A stretch of 50,883 bases of DNA from Acidimicrobiales bacterium (GCA_036280455.1 DASUQS010000047.1:1-50883), one strand, 5' to 3'; shown: positions 26,479-34,750, numbered from the stretch's first letter. Notes: generated by a model not told the origin, from the letters alone. Program-made: numbers and translations.

Positions 26479-27642
26479 TCACGATGCCGGCTTGTCGGCG
26501 CCGACGAGCCACATGGCGAAGAACTGCGCCCCGCCGCCATAGGCGTGGCCGAGCGCGACGCGGGCGCCGTCGATCTGGTGCTCGCCCGCCTGGCCCCGCA
26601 CCTGCATGGCGGCCTCGGCGAACCGGATCATGCCCGAGGCGCCGATCGGGTTGGACGACAGCACGCCGCCCGACGGGTTCCACGGGATGTCGCCGTCCAT
26701 CTGGGTGGCGCCCTTCTCGACGAGCTGCCAGCCGGTGCCCTCCTCCGCGAAGCCGAGGTTCTCGAGCCACATGGCCTCGTACCACGAGAACGGCACGTAC
26801 ACCTCGGCCACGTCGATCTGGCGGCGCGGGTCCGTGATGCCGGCCTGGGCGTACAGGTCGGCCGCGCAGTCGCGGCCGGCCTGCGGGTTCACCTGGTCGC
26901 GGCCCGGTGCCAGCGTCGGCTCGGAACGCATGGCCCCGCCGAGCATCCACGCCGGGTTCTCCGCTGCGTCGCCGCCGGCCTCGTCGGTGAGCACCATGGC
27001 GCACGCCCCGTCCGAGCTGGGACAGGTCTCCGAGTAGCGGATCGGGTCCCACAGCATGATCGAGTCCTTCACGGACTCGAAGCTGAGGTTCTCCTCGTGG
27101 AGGTGCGCCTTCGGGTTCTTCCAGGCGTTCTGCCGGTCCTTCAGCGCGGTGAGCACGCCGATGTGGTCGGGCGCACCCGAGCGGCGCATGTAGGCGCGGA
27201 TGTGGGGGGCGAAGTAGCCGCCGGCCCCGGCCACCAGCGGCGGCGAGAACGGGATGGGCAGCGTGAGCGCCCACATGGCCTCGCTCTCCGACTGCTTCTC
27301 GAAGGCCACCGTCAGGACCCGGCGGTGGATGCCGGCCTGCACCAGGCTCGCGGCCACCAGGGCGGTCGAGCCGCCGACCGAGCCGGCCGTGTGCACCCGC
27401 AGCATCGGCTTGCCCACGGCCCCCAGCGCGTCGGCCAGGTACAGCTCGGGCATCATCACGCCCTCGAAGAAGTCGGGCGCCTTGCCGATGACCACGGCGT
27501 CGATGTCGGCCCAGGTCATCTGCGCGTCGGCGAGCGCCTCGACGGCGGCCTCGCGGACCAGTCCGGCGATCGAGACGTCGCCGCGCGTCGCCTGGTGGTG
27601 CGTCTGGCCGATGCCGACGACCGCGACCTTTTCCTTCCCCAT
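26479..27642 (-). CDS. Thiolase-fold protein (SCP-x / Ltp-type, non-canonical)
   Basis: Begins MGKEKVAVVGIGQT, with NPSGGVLSSNPIGASGM near the C-terminus. No Cys is evident at the usual nucleophile position (...RVHTAGSVGGSTALVAA...). Confidence 0.8.
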   Translation of the reverse strand: MGKEKVAVVGIGQTHHQATRGDVSIAGLVREAAVEALADAQMTWADIDAVVIGKAPDFFEGVMMPELYLADALGAVGKPMLRVHTAGSVGGSTALVAASLVQAGIHRRVLTVAFEKQSESEAMWALTLPIPFSPPLVAGAGGYFAPHIRAYMRRSGAPDHIGVLTALKDRQNAWKNPKAHLHEENLSFESVKDSIMLWDPIRYSETCPSSDGACAMVLTDEAGGDAAENPAWMLGGAMRSEPTLAPGRDQVNPQAGRDCAADLYAQAGITDPRRQIDVAEVYVPFSWYEAMWLENLGFAEEGTGWQLVEKGATQMDGDIPWNPSGGVLSSNPIGASGMIRFAEAAMQVRGQAGEHQIDGARVALGHAYGGGAQFFAMWLVGADKPAS

Positions 27643-27727
27643 CAGTGGCCCCTTCGGGCCGCGCTGATGGGATCGCCGCTACGCGTCAACAAGCCCACTG
27701 TGCTCATGACTCGCTCGCTTCGCTCGC

Positions 27728-28789
27728 TCATGCTTCCCCCTCCAGCACGCACACCAGGTTCTGTTGCAGGCACGGGCCGCTCGTGGCGTGCGCCACCGCG
27801 CGACCGGCCTCGCCGCGGCTGATCCGGGTGGCCGCCTCGCCGATGCGGACCAGGCCCGCAGCGATCAGCGGGTTCGCGGCCAGCGGACCGCCGGACGGGT
27901 TCACCACCACGTCGTCGCCCAGCCCGAGGGCCCGGCGCACCACCACCTCCTGGTGGGAGAACGGGGTGTGCAGCTCGGCGATGTCGACCGGCCGGTCGCC
28001 GACGCCGGCCCGCTCGCCGGCCAGCGCGGTCGACGGCGATGTCGTCAGGTCCCGCACGCCGAGGCTGTGCGCCTCGATGCGGTGGTCGATGCCCCGGATC
28101 CAGGCGGGCGCCGCCGTGAGCTCGCGGGCCCGGTCACCGGCGGCGAGGACGATCGCCGCGGCCCCGTCGGTGATCGGCGGGCAGTCGTGCCGCCGCAGCG
28201 GCGCGGCGATCTCGGCCTCCTTGAGCAGGACGGCCGGGTCGTCCGAGCCCTGGAGCTGGGCGAACGGGTTGTCGGCGGCCGCCCGCCGGCTGCGGGCCGC
28301 GATCTCGGCCATCTCCTCGGCCGTGGTGACGCCCGCGTCGAGGCAGGCCCGGGCCTGCAGCGCGGCGAGCGCCACGCTGTCGGGCCACAGCGGGGCGACG
28401 TAGTACGGGTCGAGCTGGCGGGACAGCACGTCGCGCAGCGACCCGGGCGACGACTTCCCGTAGGCGTAGACGAGCGCGGTGTCGGCGGCACCGGTCTGGA
28501 TCTTGACCCAGGCCTCGTACAGCGCCCAGGCGCCGTCCATCTCGACGTGGCTCTCGCTGATCGGCGGCTTGGGCCCCACCCCGTCGAGGGTCATCACGAA
28601 GCTGAAGGCGGAGCCGGCGAGGTAGTCGGTGCTGCCGGAGCAGGTGAAGTCGATCTGGGACTGATCGATGCCCAGCTCCTCCTTCACCTGGTGGAGCACC
28701 GGCATGACCATCTCGACCTCGTTGCGCGCCTGCTCGCGGCGCACGTGGTGCGACTGGGCGAAGGCGACGACGGCGACGTCCCGGGTCAT
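27728..28789 (-). CDS. Thiolase-fold protein (second SCP-x / Ltp-type subunit)
   Basis: Begins MTRDVAVVAFAQS, with FTCSGSTDYLAG and NPSGGPLAANPLIAAGL. The ATG at 28789 overlaps the upstream DUF35 stop as ATGA. Confidence 0.8.
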   Translation of the reverse strand: MTRDVAVVAFAQSHHVRREQARNEVEMVMPVLHQVKEELGIDQSQIDFTCSGSTDYLAGSAFSFVMTLDGVGPKPPISESHVEMDGAWALYEAWVKIQTGAADTALVYAYGKSSPGSLRDVLSRQLDPYYVAPLWPDSVALAALQARACLDAGVTTAEEMAEIAARSRRAAADNPFAQLQGSDDPAVLLKEAEIAAPLRRHDCPPITDGAAAIVLAAGDRARELTAAPAWIRGIDHRIEAHSLGVRDLTTSPSTALAGERAGVGDRPVDIAELHTPFSHQEVVVRRALGLGDDVVVNPSGGPLAANPLIAAGLVRIGEAATRISRGEAGRAVAHATSGPCLQQNLVCVLEGEA

Positions 28790-29307
28790 ACGTGCTCCCT
28801 GTAGGTCTCGTAGTCGGCGTCGGGCTCGCCGGTGGGCTTCCACCACTTGATCGAGGCGAGGTCGTGGGTGAGCTCGTCGTCGTCGACCCACACGGCCTCG
28901 ACCCGCAGGCCCATGCGGATCTGGTCGAACGGGATCTCCTGCACCATCCCGAACAGCCCCGTGTCGCTGCCGTCGGGGACGACCGTGGCGCACACGTAGG
29001 GCAGCTCCATGGCCGAGCCGGAGAACTTCACGTTGACGACGCAGAACGTGGTGACGATGCCCCGGTCGGGCAGCTCGACCTGCTCGCTGGTGGGGATGCC
29101 GCAGTTCGGGCACGAGCCCCGGGGCGGGAGGACGACCTTGTGGCAACGGCCGCAGCGCTCGCCCAGGATCTTGCGGGAGGCGATGCCCCGCAGGAACCTG
29201 GAGGTCGCCTCCCCGGCGGTGAAGGTGTACTCCAGCCGGGCGGGGGTGCGGATGCTGCGGACGGGCTCGACGTCGCGCAGCGACGGCGGCAGGGTCAGCT
29301 CGCTCAT
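28786..29307 (-). CDS. DUF35 OB-fold protein with a rubredoxin-like zinc ribbon
   Basis: The four-Cys ribbon is CGRCHKVVLPPRGSCPNCG, followed by an OB-fold segment. The ATG at 29307 overlaps the upstream stop as ATGA. Confidence 0.85.
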   Translation of the reverse strand: MSELTLPPSLRDVEPVRSIRTPARLEYTFTAGEATSRFLRGIASRKILGERCGRCHKVVLPPRGSCPNCGIPTSEQVELPDRGIVTTFCVVNVKFSGSAMELPYVCATVVPDGSDTGLFGMVQEIPFDQIRMGLRVEAVWVDDDELTHDLASIKWWKPTGEPDADYETYREHV

Positions 29308-29783
29308 GTTCCGGCCTCCGGGGTCTCGGCGGGGTCCGCGGACTCGGCGGGCTCGAAGCAGGCGATGTCGGCGATCGAGCCCTCTCGCTCCTCGCTCCAG
29401 CGGATGCGCACCTGCATGCCGGTGGACACCGCCTCGGGCGAGCCGGCGTCGAGAGCGTGGAGCAGCCCCGTGTCGGCGCCGTCGAGCTGCACCAGCGCCC
29501 ACGCGAAGGGCCGGTCGAGCGGCTGGTTCGGGCGCGGCTCGGGCTCCCACGACCAGGTCGTGACCGTGCCTGTGGCGCCCAGCTCGACGAGCTCGGTGAG
29601 CTCCGCGCTCGTGACGGGGTCGTACTCGACGGGCGGGCACAGCACCCGGCCGTCCTCCGCCCGGACGCCCAGCACGAGGCCCTCGCGCAGGCCCGTCAGG
29701 AACGCGCTCTGCACCGGCCCGACCGTCCGTTTGAACGGATACTCGAGCACGAGCGGCGCCGACAGGATCTCGGCCTCCGACAT
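29304..29783 (-). CDS. DUF35-like OB-fold protein (zinc ribbon degenerate)
   Basis: Its length and pattern are similar to the downstream DUF35 protein, but it has only one Cys in the ribbon region (RVLCPPVEYDPVT). SD GGGGGAGGTGG lies upstream of ATG 29783. Confidence 0.75.
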   Translation of the reverse strand: MSEAEILSAPLVLEYPFKRTVGPVQSAFLTGLREGLVLGVRAEDGRVLCPPVEYDPVTSAELTELVELGATGTVTTWSWEPEPRPNQPLDRPFAWALVQLDGADTGLLHALDAGSPEAVSTGMQVRIRWSEEREGSIADIACFEPAESADPAETPEAGT

Positions 29784-29800
29784 GCCACCTCCCCCACAAG

Positions 29801-29814
29801 TGAAACAGGTTCTA
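29801..29814. promoter_or_regulatory. KstR-type operator box TGAAACAGGTTCTA (TnnAACnnGTTnnA)
   Basis: It lies 18 nt upstream of the DUF35 operon start. It is embedded in a longer imperfect palindrome, CCCCCACAAGTGAAACAGGTTCTACTTGGGGG. Confidence 0.5.
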
Positions 29815-29897
29815 CTTGGGGGTGTGTCTAGCAGTTCCCGGGGCGGCCCGGAAACCGATGCGCCAAGCCGTCCGGTGGTGCGCCGGCCGGACGCGAC

Positions 29898-29923
29898 GAG
29901 GGGCCCGCCGCCGCGGGCCCCTC
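29898..29923. repeat. GC-rich hairpin, copy A (GAGGGGCCCG-N6-CGGGCCCCTC)
   Basis: It has a 10-bp perfect stem. The 37-nt context at 29889-29925 matches 31491-31527 at 34 of 37 positions. Confidence 0.6.
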
Positions 29924-30034
29924 ACCTGGCAGTTCGATCAGACCCGCGACCTCTCCGCCGGGCGATGACCCGAAACCGGTGCCCACCCCAGCAGCACCGC
30001 GGCCGCCAGCAGAGGACCGCGCCTCGTCACGCGA

Positions 30035-30060
30035 AGAAGGGGGCCCGAAGGCCCCCTTCT
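30035..30060 (-). terminator. Intrinsic-terminator-like hairpin downstream of the thioester-domain protein gene
   Basis: AGAAGGGGGCC-CGAA-GGCCCCCTTCT forms an 11-bp perfect stem with a tetraloop, 28 nt past the stop at 30088. No clear U-tract follows. Confidence 0.6.
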
Positions 30061-30087
30061 CCGTCAGATCGTCACCTCAGCCGAGGA

Positions 30088-31257
30088 TCACTCCTCGCCG
30101 GCGAGGCGCTTGCGACGGCTCACGATGCCGAAGCCCGCACCGATGGCCAGCAGCACGGCGGCGACGCCCACGAGCATCAGCGACTGCGCACCGGTGACCG
30201 GCAGGCCGCCACCCTCACCCTGGTTGGGGGTGACGGGCACCGTGGTGGTCGGGGCGTCGGGCACGGTCGACTGGACCGTGATCGGCACCGTCGTGGTGGT
30301 GGTCGCCTCGGTCGTGGTGGTGGTCGACTCGGTCGTCGACGAGGTCGGCGGCGCAGTCACGAACGAGACCGACGCCTCGGCCGACGCCTCGACATCCGTC
30401 GAGTTGGCCAGGATCAGCGTCTGCTGACCCTGGGCGACGAACACCTGGCCTGCCATCGCCGTGGCCGACGCAGTCGCCGAGATCGTGCCCGTGCCGACGG
30501 CGCCGGAGGTGAGGTACAGCTCGGTACCGTCGACGACCTCGCCGACGAAGGGTTCACCGTCGCTGTCGACCAGTGACACGCCCTCGGACGGCGTGACCGT
30601 CACGCTGGCGGCCGTCGTGTCGACCACGTAAGGGCCGACGAGGCCACCCTCCACACCCTCGGTCGAGTCCGGCGGCGTGATGCTCAGTGCGACCGTCGGC
30701 TCACCGAAGCCCTCGATGCCGTCAACGACAGCGGCAAGGATCGCTTCGTAGTTTGCGATGACGTTCGGCGGGTTGTCATCGGGATCGGTGCTCGGCTCGA
30801 AGCCATCCGTGAAGTGCCAGATGGCGGCCTGCGTACCTCGCGCCTTCTCGGAGTCCGACCCGGTGAGCGTGAAGCCCTCGGGGCCGTTGCCGTTCGGGTA
30901 GTAGTTGGCGAGGATCGCCTCGACCGTCTCGAGGTTCGCGATGTCGGACGTGTTCCAGTCGGCATCTTCGTAGGTCGGGTTGCCCGAGATGCCGGTGGCG
31001 ATGTCGATGCAATAGGCCTTCGCGTCGACCTCCCCATCGATCGAGATCGCGAACAGACCGCCACCGAAGGACGCTTCGGCGCCACCATCGATGGAGCCGC
31101 GGATGGACCCGCTCTCGCCGGGGATCGCACCACCGAACGTCGCAGTCGCAGCTGCGGCGGGAGCCGCGGTGCCCGCGATCAGCCCAGCCGCGGCAGCGAT
31201 CGCCGCAATCATCGCAACCGCGCGCCGTCGCGCTGGCTGGCGTTGCCCTGTGATCAT
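30088..31257 (-). CDS. LPXTG-anchored surface protein with a Cys-Gln thioester (TQXA) domain
   Basis: It has a signal peptide (MITGQRQPARRRAVAMIAAIAAAAGLIAGTAAPAAAA). The thioester Cys motif is AYCID (Cys codon 31009-31011) and the Gln motif is GTQAAIWHFTD (Gln codon 30829-30831). A Thr-rich stalk is followed by LPVTG (30190-30204), a TM helix and an RRKR tail. SD GGGGAGAG precedes ATG 31257. Confidence 0.85.
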   Translation of the reverse strand: MITGQRQPARRRAVAMIAAIAAAAGLIAGTAAPAAAATATFGGAIPGESGSIRGSIDGGAEASFGGGLFAISIDGEVDAKAYCIDIATGISGNPTYEDADWNTSDIANLETVEAILANYYPNGNGPEGFTLTGSDSEKARGTQAAIWHFTDGFEPSTDPDDNPPNVIANYEAILAAVVDGIEGFGEPTVALSITPPDSTEGVEGGLVGPYVVDTTAASVTVTPSEGVSLVDSDGEPFVGEVVDGTELYLTSGAVGTGTISATASATAMAGQVFVAQGQQTLILANSTDVEASAEASVSFVTAPPTSSTTESTTTTTEATTTTTVPITVQSTVPDAPTTTVPVTPNQGEGGGLPVTGAQSLMLVGVAAVLLAIGAGFGIVSRRKRLAGEE

Positions 31258-31497
31258 GACTCTCCCCAAGCTCCGGGTGCCGCCCGCGGGCACACACGTG
31301 TTCTGACGACTGATGTGGGCCCGGTTTCGCTATGGCTCCCCGCGGACGCAGCGACCAGATTCGCCCGTGGTTCACAGCCTGCCCCAGCGACGGGCTTCCC
31401 TTCACGTCGCCGGTGCGCAAGCTAACACGTGCTCGCATCCGAACGCGGCATCCCCCGAAAACCCCGTAGCCGCAGGGTGGATCGCGCCCCGGACGCG

Positions 31498-31527
31498 GCG
31501 AGGGGCCCGCCGCTGCGGGCCCCTCGC
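31498..31527 (-). terminator. GC-rich hairpin, copy B; likely terminator of the alcohol dehydrogenase gene
   Basis: GCGAGGGGCCCG-N6-CGGGCCCCTCGC forms a 12-bp stem, 45 nt downstream of the stop at 31572. Confidence 0.55.
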
Positions 31528-31571
31528 CATCGCGGTTCGTGGGCCGGCGGACCGGCCCGGCGCCGGCAGAG

Positions 31572-32702
31572 CTAGACCGCGGCCGCCGCCTCGCCACTGG
31601 TCGCACCGGCGTCCGCGCCATCGAACGTGATGACGGAGCGGATGACCGAGCCGGCCTTCAGATCGGCCACGGCCTCGTTCACGTCGTCGATGTGGATCTT
31701 CTTCGAGATCATGCCCTCGAGGTCGAGGCGACCGTTGCGCCACAGGTTGAGCATGCGGTTGAAGTCGCTGCGCACATCCGCCGAGCCGTAGTACGACCCC
31801 ACGAAGGTCTTCTCGTCGAAGAACAGCTCGAACGCGTTGAACGAGATGGTCTTGTCCGCACCGCCCACGCCGATGATGCACGTGGTGCCGCCGCGGCGGG
31901 TGGCGTCGTACGCGGCGCGCATCGTCACCGGCAGGCCGATGGCCTCGAACGCGTAGTCGAACCCGTCGCCGCCCGTGATCGACGTCTTGGCGTCGTTCAG
32001 GTCGTCGGGCTTCACCGCGTGGGTCGCACCGAGCCGGAGCGCGTCCTCGAGCTTCGAGTCGACGAGGTCGACCGCCACGATCTCCGACGCGCCGGCGACC
32101 TTGGCGCCCTGGATGGCCGAGATGCCCACGCCGCCGCAGCCGAACACCACGACCGACGAGCCGGGCGTGACCTTGGCGGTGTTGAGCGCGGCGCCGACGC
32201 CGGTCATCACGCCGCAGCCGACGAGCGAGGCGATCTCGTGGGGCGTGTCGGGGTCGATCTTCACCACGCCCTGCTGCGGCATGATCATCTCCTCGGCCCA
32301 CGTGCCCGATCCGGCGAAGCCGAACAGCGGGTTGCCGCCCTGCGAGAAGTGCATCGTCCCGAACGCGGCCATCTGCACGTTGACGCACAGGTTGGGCTGC
32401 TTGCGGTCGACGCAGAACTTGCAGGTGCCGCAGGGGGCGCTCCACGCGATGATGACGTGGTCGCCGGGCGCGACGTTGGTGACGCCCTCGCCGACCTCGC
32501 TGACGACGCCCGCGCCCTCGTGGCCCGGGATGAACGGGGCCGGCTGCGGGATGGTTCCGTTCATGCCGGACACGTCGGAGTGGCACACGCCGGTGGCGTG
32601 GATCTTGACCTTCACCTCGCCCGGGCCGACCGGGCCCAGCTCGACGTCGTCGACGATCTCGAGCTTCTCGTCGCCGGTGGTGCGGAGCACGGCTGCGCGC
32701 AT
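31572..32702 (-). CDS. Zinc-dependent alcohol dehydrogenase (class III / mycothiol-dependent formaldehyde dehydrogenase-like)
   Basis: Contains GVCHSDVSGMNG, GHEGAGVV and the structural-zinc Cys cluster CGTCKFCVDRKQPNLC. The NAD-binding segment is VVVFGCGGVG. The start is ATG 32702. Confidence 0.9.
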   Translation of the reverse strand: MRAAVLRTTGDEKLEIVDDVELGPVGPGEVKVKIHATGVCHSDVSGMNGTIPQPAPFIPGHEGAGVVSEVGEGVTNVAPGDHVIIAWSAPCGTCKFCVDRKQPNLCVNVQMAAFGTMHFSQGGNPLFGFAGSGTWAEEMIMPQQGVVKIDPDTPHEIASLVGCGVMTGVGAALNTAKVTPGSSVVVFGCGGVGISAIQGAKVAGASEIVAVDLVDSKLEDALRLGATHAVKPDDLNDAKTSITGGDGFDYAFEAIGLPVTMRAAYDATRRGGTTCIIGVGGADKTISFNAFELFFDEKTFVGSYYGSADVRSDFNRMLNLWRNGRLDLEGMISKKIHIDDVNEAVADLKAGSVIRSVITFDGADAGATSGEAAAAV

Positions 32703-32838
32703 GGCTGGCTTCCCCTCGTTCAGCTTGCGTGGACGGACCGGGCGCAGCGTAACCGCCTCGCCCACCCCCATGAGACCGTGGTCACGACTGTTGACCGGGC
32801 GGTCAGCTCGGCCGGCCGACGGCGGCCCGCTCGACGGT

Positions 32839-33432
32839 TCAGCCGAAGCGGTCGGCGATCAGGTCGGCCGCCTCGCGCAGCTCGCCCGCCACCCAGTCGA
32901 CATCGCCCATGCCGTTGGCCCACGAGATCGTCGCCGACCACCACACGTGCCCCAGCGCCTTGGCCGCGGACGCCTCCAGCGCGGGATCGACGTCGGCGGG
33001 GAACGCGGACTGCATGATGCGGGCCATGGCCCGGGTGACCTCGTTGATGGCGCCCACGCTGGCCGGGTCGCCCGCCGTCATCGCGCCGATCACCGCGGCC
33101 GTCAGCCGGGGGTCGCGGTCCATGGCGCGCAGGGCCCGTGTGAGCACGTCCATGATGCGCTCGACCGTCGTGGCGCCCGCCGGCGGATGGCGGGTGACCC
33201 GCTGCTCCAGGTCGCCGAGCCACTGCACCATCACCGCGAGCAGCAGCGCGTCCTTCGACGGGAAGTAGCGGTAGATCGTGCCGAGCGCCACCTCCGCCCG
33301 GGTCGCGACGTCGCGCATCTGCACGGCGTCGTAGCCGCCCTCGGCCCCCAGCTCGAGCGCGGCCCGGATCACCCGGTCGCGGCGGGCGGCCTGGCTCTTC
33401 GTGAGCACCGGGGAGGCGGAGGTGTCGCTCAT
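32839..33432 (-). CDS. kstR: TetR-family regulator, KstR-like
   Basis: The HTH segment GGYDAVQMRDVATRAEVALGTIYRYFPSKDALL closely matches my recollection of M. tuberculosis KstR (GGYEAVQMRAVADRADVAVGTLYRYFPSKVHLL). KstR-type boxes are present nearby. Confidence 0.75.
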   Translation of the reverse strand: MSDTSASPVLTKSQAARRDRVIRAALELGAEGGYDAVQMRDVATRAEVALGTIYRYFPSKDALLLAVMVQWLGDLEQRVTRHPPAGATTVERIMDVLTRALRAMDRDPRLTAAVIGAMTAGDPASVGAINEVTRAMARIMQSAFPADVDPALEASAAKALGHVWWSATISWANGMGDVDWVAGELREAADLIADRFG

Positions 33433-33444
33433 CGGTGCGGGAAC

Positions 33445-34668
33445 CTACCGAACCGGACGGGCGAGCTCGCGGAAGGGGACGTCCTTGTCGGTGCGCGGCT
33501 CGGGCGGCAGGCCGAGCGCCCGCTCCCCCATGATGTTGGCCTGCACCTGGTCGCTGCCCCCGGCGATGCGCAGGGAGGGCGAGTGCAGGAAGCGGCGCAG
33601 CCACATGCCGTCGGCCACGTCCGGCCCGGCGAGCAGGCCGTGGGCGCCCTGCACGTCGACCGCCGCCTCGGACAGGGCCTTCATGTAGCGGGCGAAGGCG
33701 AGCTTCATGACCGACGCCTCGGCGCCCGGGCGGCGGCCCTGGCTGAGCGCGGTCTGGCTGCGGTAGCGCAGGAACCGCAGCAGCTCGAAGCGGATGTGGG
33801 TGTCGACGAGGCGCGCCCGCACGAGCGGCTGGTCGGTGACGCCGAACCCCTTGGCGAAGTCGATGAGCGCGGCCGGCGTCGCCCCGACGCCGCCGGCGAT
33901 CGACGAGCGCTCGCTGTTGAGCGTGGTCTGGGTGACGCGCCAGCCCTCGCCCTCGGCGCCGAGCAGGTTGCCCGCCGGCACGCGCACGCCGTCGAGGAAC
34001 ACCTCGGAGAAGTGGCTCTCCCCCGTCATCTGGCGCAGCGGCCGGACGTCGATGCCCGGGCTCGTCATGTCGAGCAGGAAGTAGCTGATGCCGCGGTGCT
34101 TGGGCACGTTGCCGTCGGTGCGGGCGAGCAGCATCCCCCAGCGGGCCCGGTCGGGCGAGGAGGTCCACACCTTCTGGCCGGTCACCACCCACTCGTCGCC
34201 GTCGCGCTCCGCCCGGGTGGCGAGGTTGGCGAGGTCGGAGCCCGCGCCTGGCTCGCTGAAGAGCTGGCACCACAGCTCGTCGCCGCGCAGCATCGGCGCC
34301 AGGAACCGCTCCTTCTGCGCGTCGGTGCCGTGCGCCAGGATGGTCGGCCCCGCCATGCCGATCGAGATCATGAAGGCGCCGTTCGACACGCCGTAGCGGG
34401 CCTGCTCCTGGCCGAAGATCACCTGGTGGATCGGCTTGCCGCCGCGGCCGCCGTACTCCTTCGGCCACGTGATGCCGGCCCAGCCGCCGTCGTAGAGGGT
34501 GCGCTGCCACGCCTGGCAGCGGGCGATGTAGGTGGGCTCGTCGTAGGCGTCGGTCCACAGGCCGAGCGAGAAGTCGTCCGGGTGGCCCTTCGGGATGGCG
34601 TGGGCGTCGAGCCAGGCGCGCGCCTCGGCCCGGAAGGCGGCTTCCTCTGGCGTGTCGTCGATGTCCAC
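33445..34668 (-). CDS. Acyl-CoA dehydrogenase
   Basis: Contains ELWCQLFSEPGAGSDL, GQKVWTS and the C-terminal GGSDQVQANIMGE. The GTG start at 34668 abuts the 36-bp palindrome. Confidence 0.9.
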   Translation of the reverse strand: MDIDDTPEEAAFRAEARAWLDAHAIPKGHPDDFSLGLWTDAYDEPTYIARCQAWQRTLYDGGWAGITWPKEYGGRGGKPIHQVIFGQEQARYGVSNGAFMISIGMAGPTILAHGTDAQKERFLAPMLRGDELWCQLFSEPGAGSDLANLATRAERDGDEWVVTGQKVWTSSPDRARWGMLLARTDGNVPKHRGISYFLLDMTSPGIDVRPLRQMTGESHFSEVFLDGVRVPAGNLLGAEGEGWRVTQTTLNSERSSIAGGVGATPAALIDFAKGFGVTDQPLVRARLVDTHIRFELLRFLRYRSQTALSQGRRPGAEASVMKLAFARYMKALSEAAVDVQGAHGLLAGPDVADGMWLRRFLHSPSLRIAGGSDQVQANIMGERALGLPPEPRTDKDVPFRELARPVR

Positions 34669-34703
34669 GCCACCAGAGTAGAACGCGTTCTACTCTGGTG
34701 GCG
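34668..34703. promoter_or_regulatory. 36-bp perfect palindrome containing the KstR-type box TAGAACGCGTTCTA (34679-34692)
   Basis: I verified base by base that CGCCACCAGAGTAGAACGCGTTCTACTCTGGTGGCG equals its own reverse complement. It lies between the hydrolase stop (34751) and the acyl-CoA dehydrogenase start (34668). Confidence 0.7.
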
Positions 34704-34750
34704 AGGCGGACCGTGGACGACCGGGCGTGGCGAGGGCGACCGCCCGGGTG

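Noticed and set aside
31391-31403. GAAGGGAAGCCCG (minus strand) in the adhesin leader, reminiscent of the cobalamin-riboswitch core
   Set aside because: I could find no B12 box or the other conserved cobalamin-riboswitch segments. The downstream gene has no link to cobalamin. I treated it as a chance similarity.
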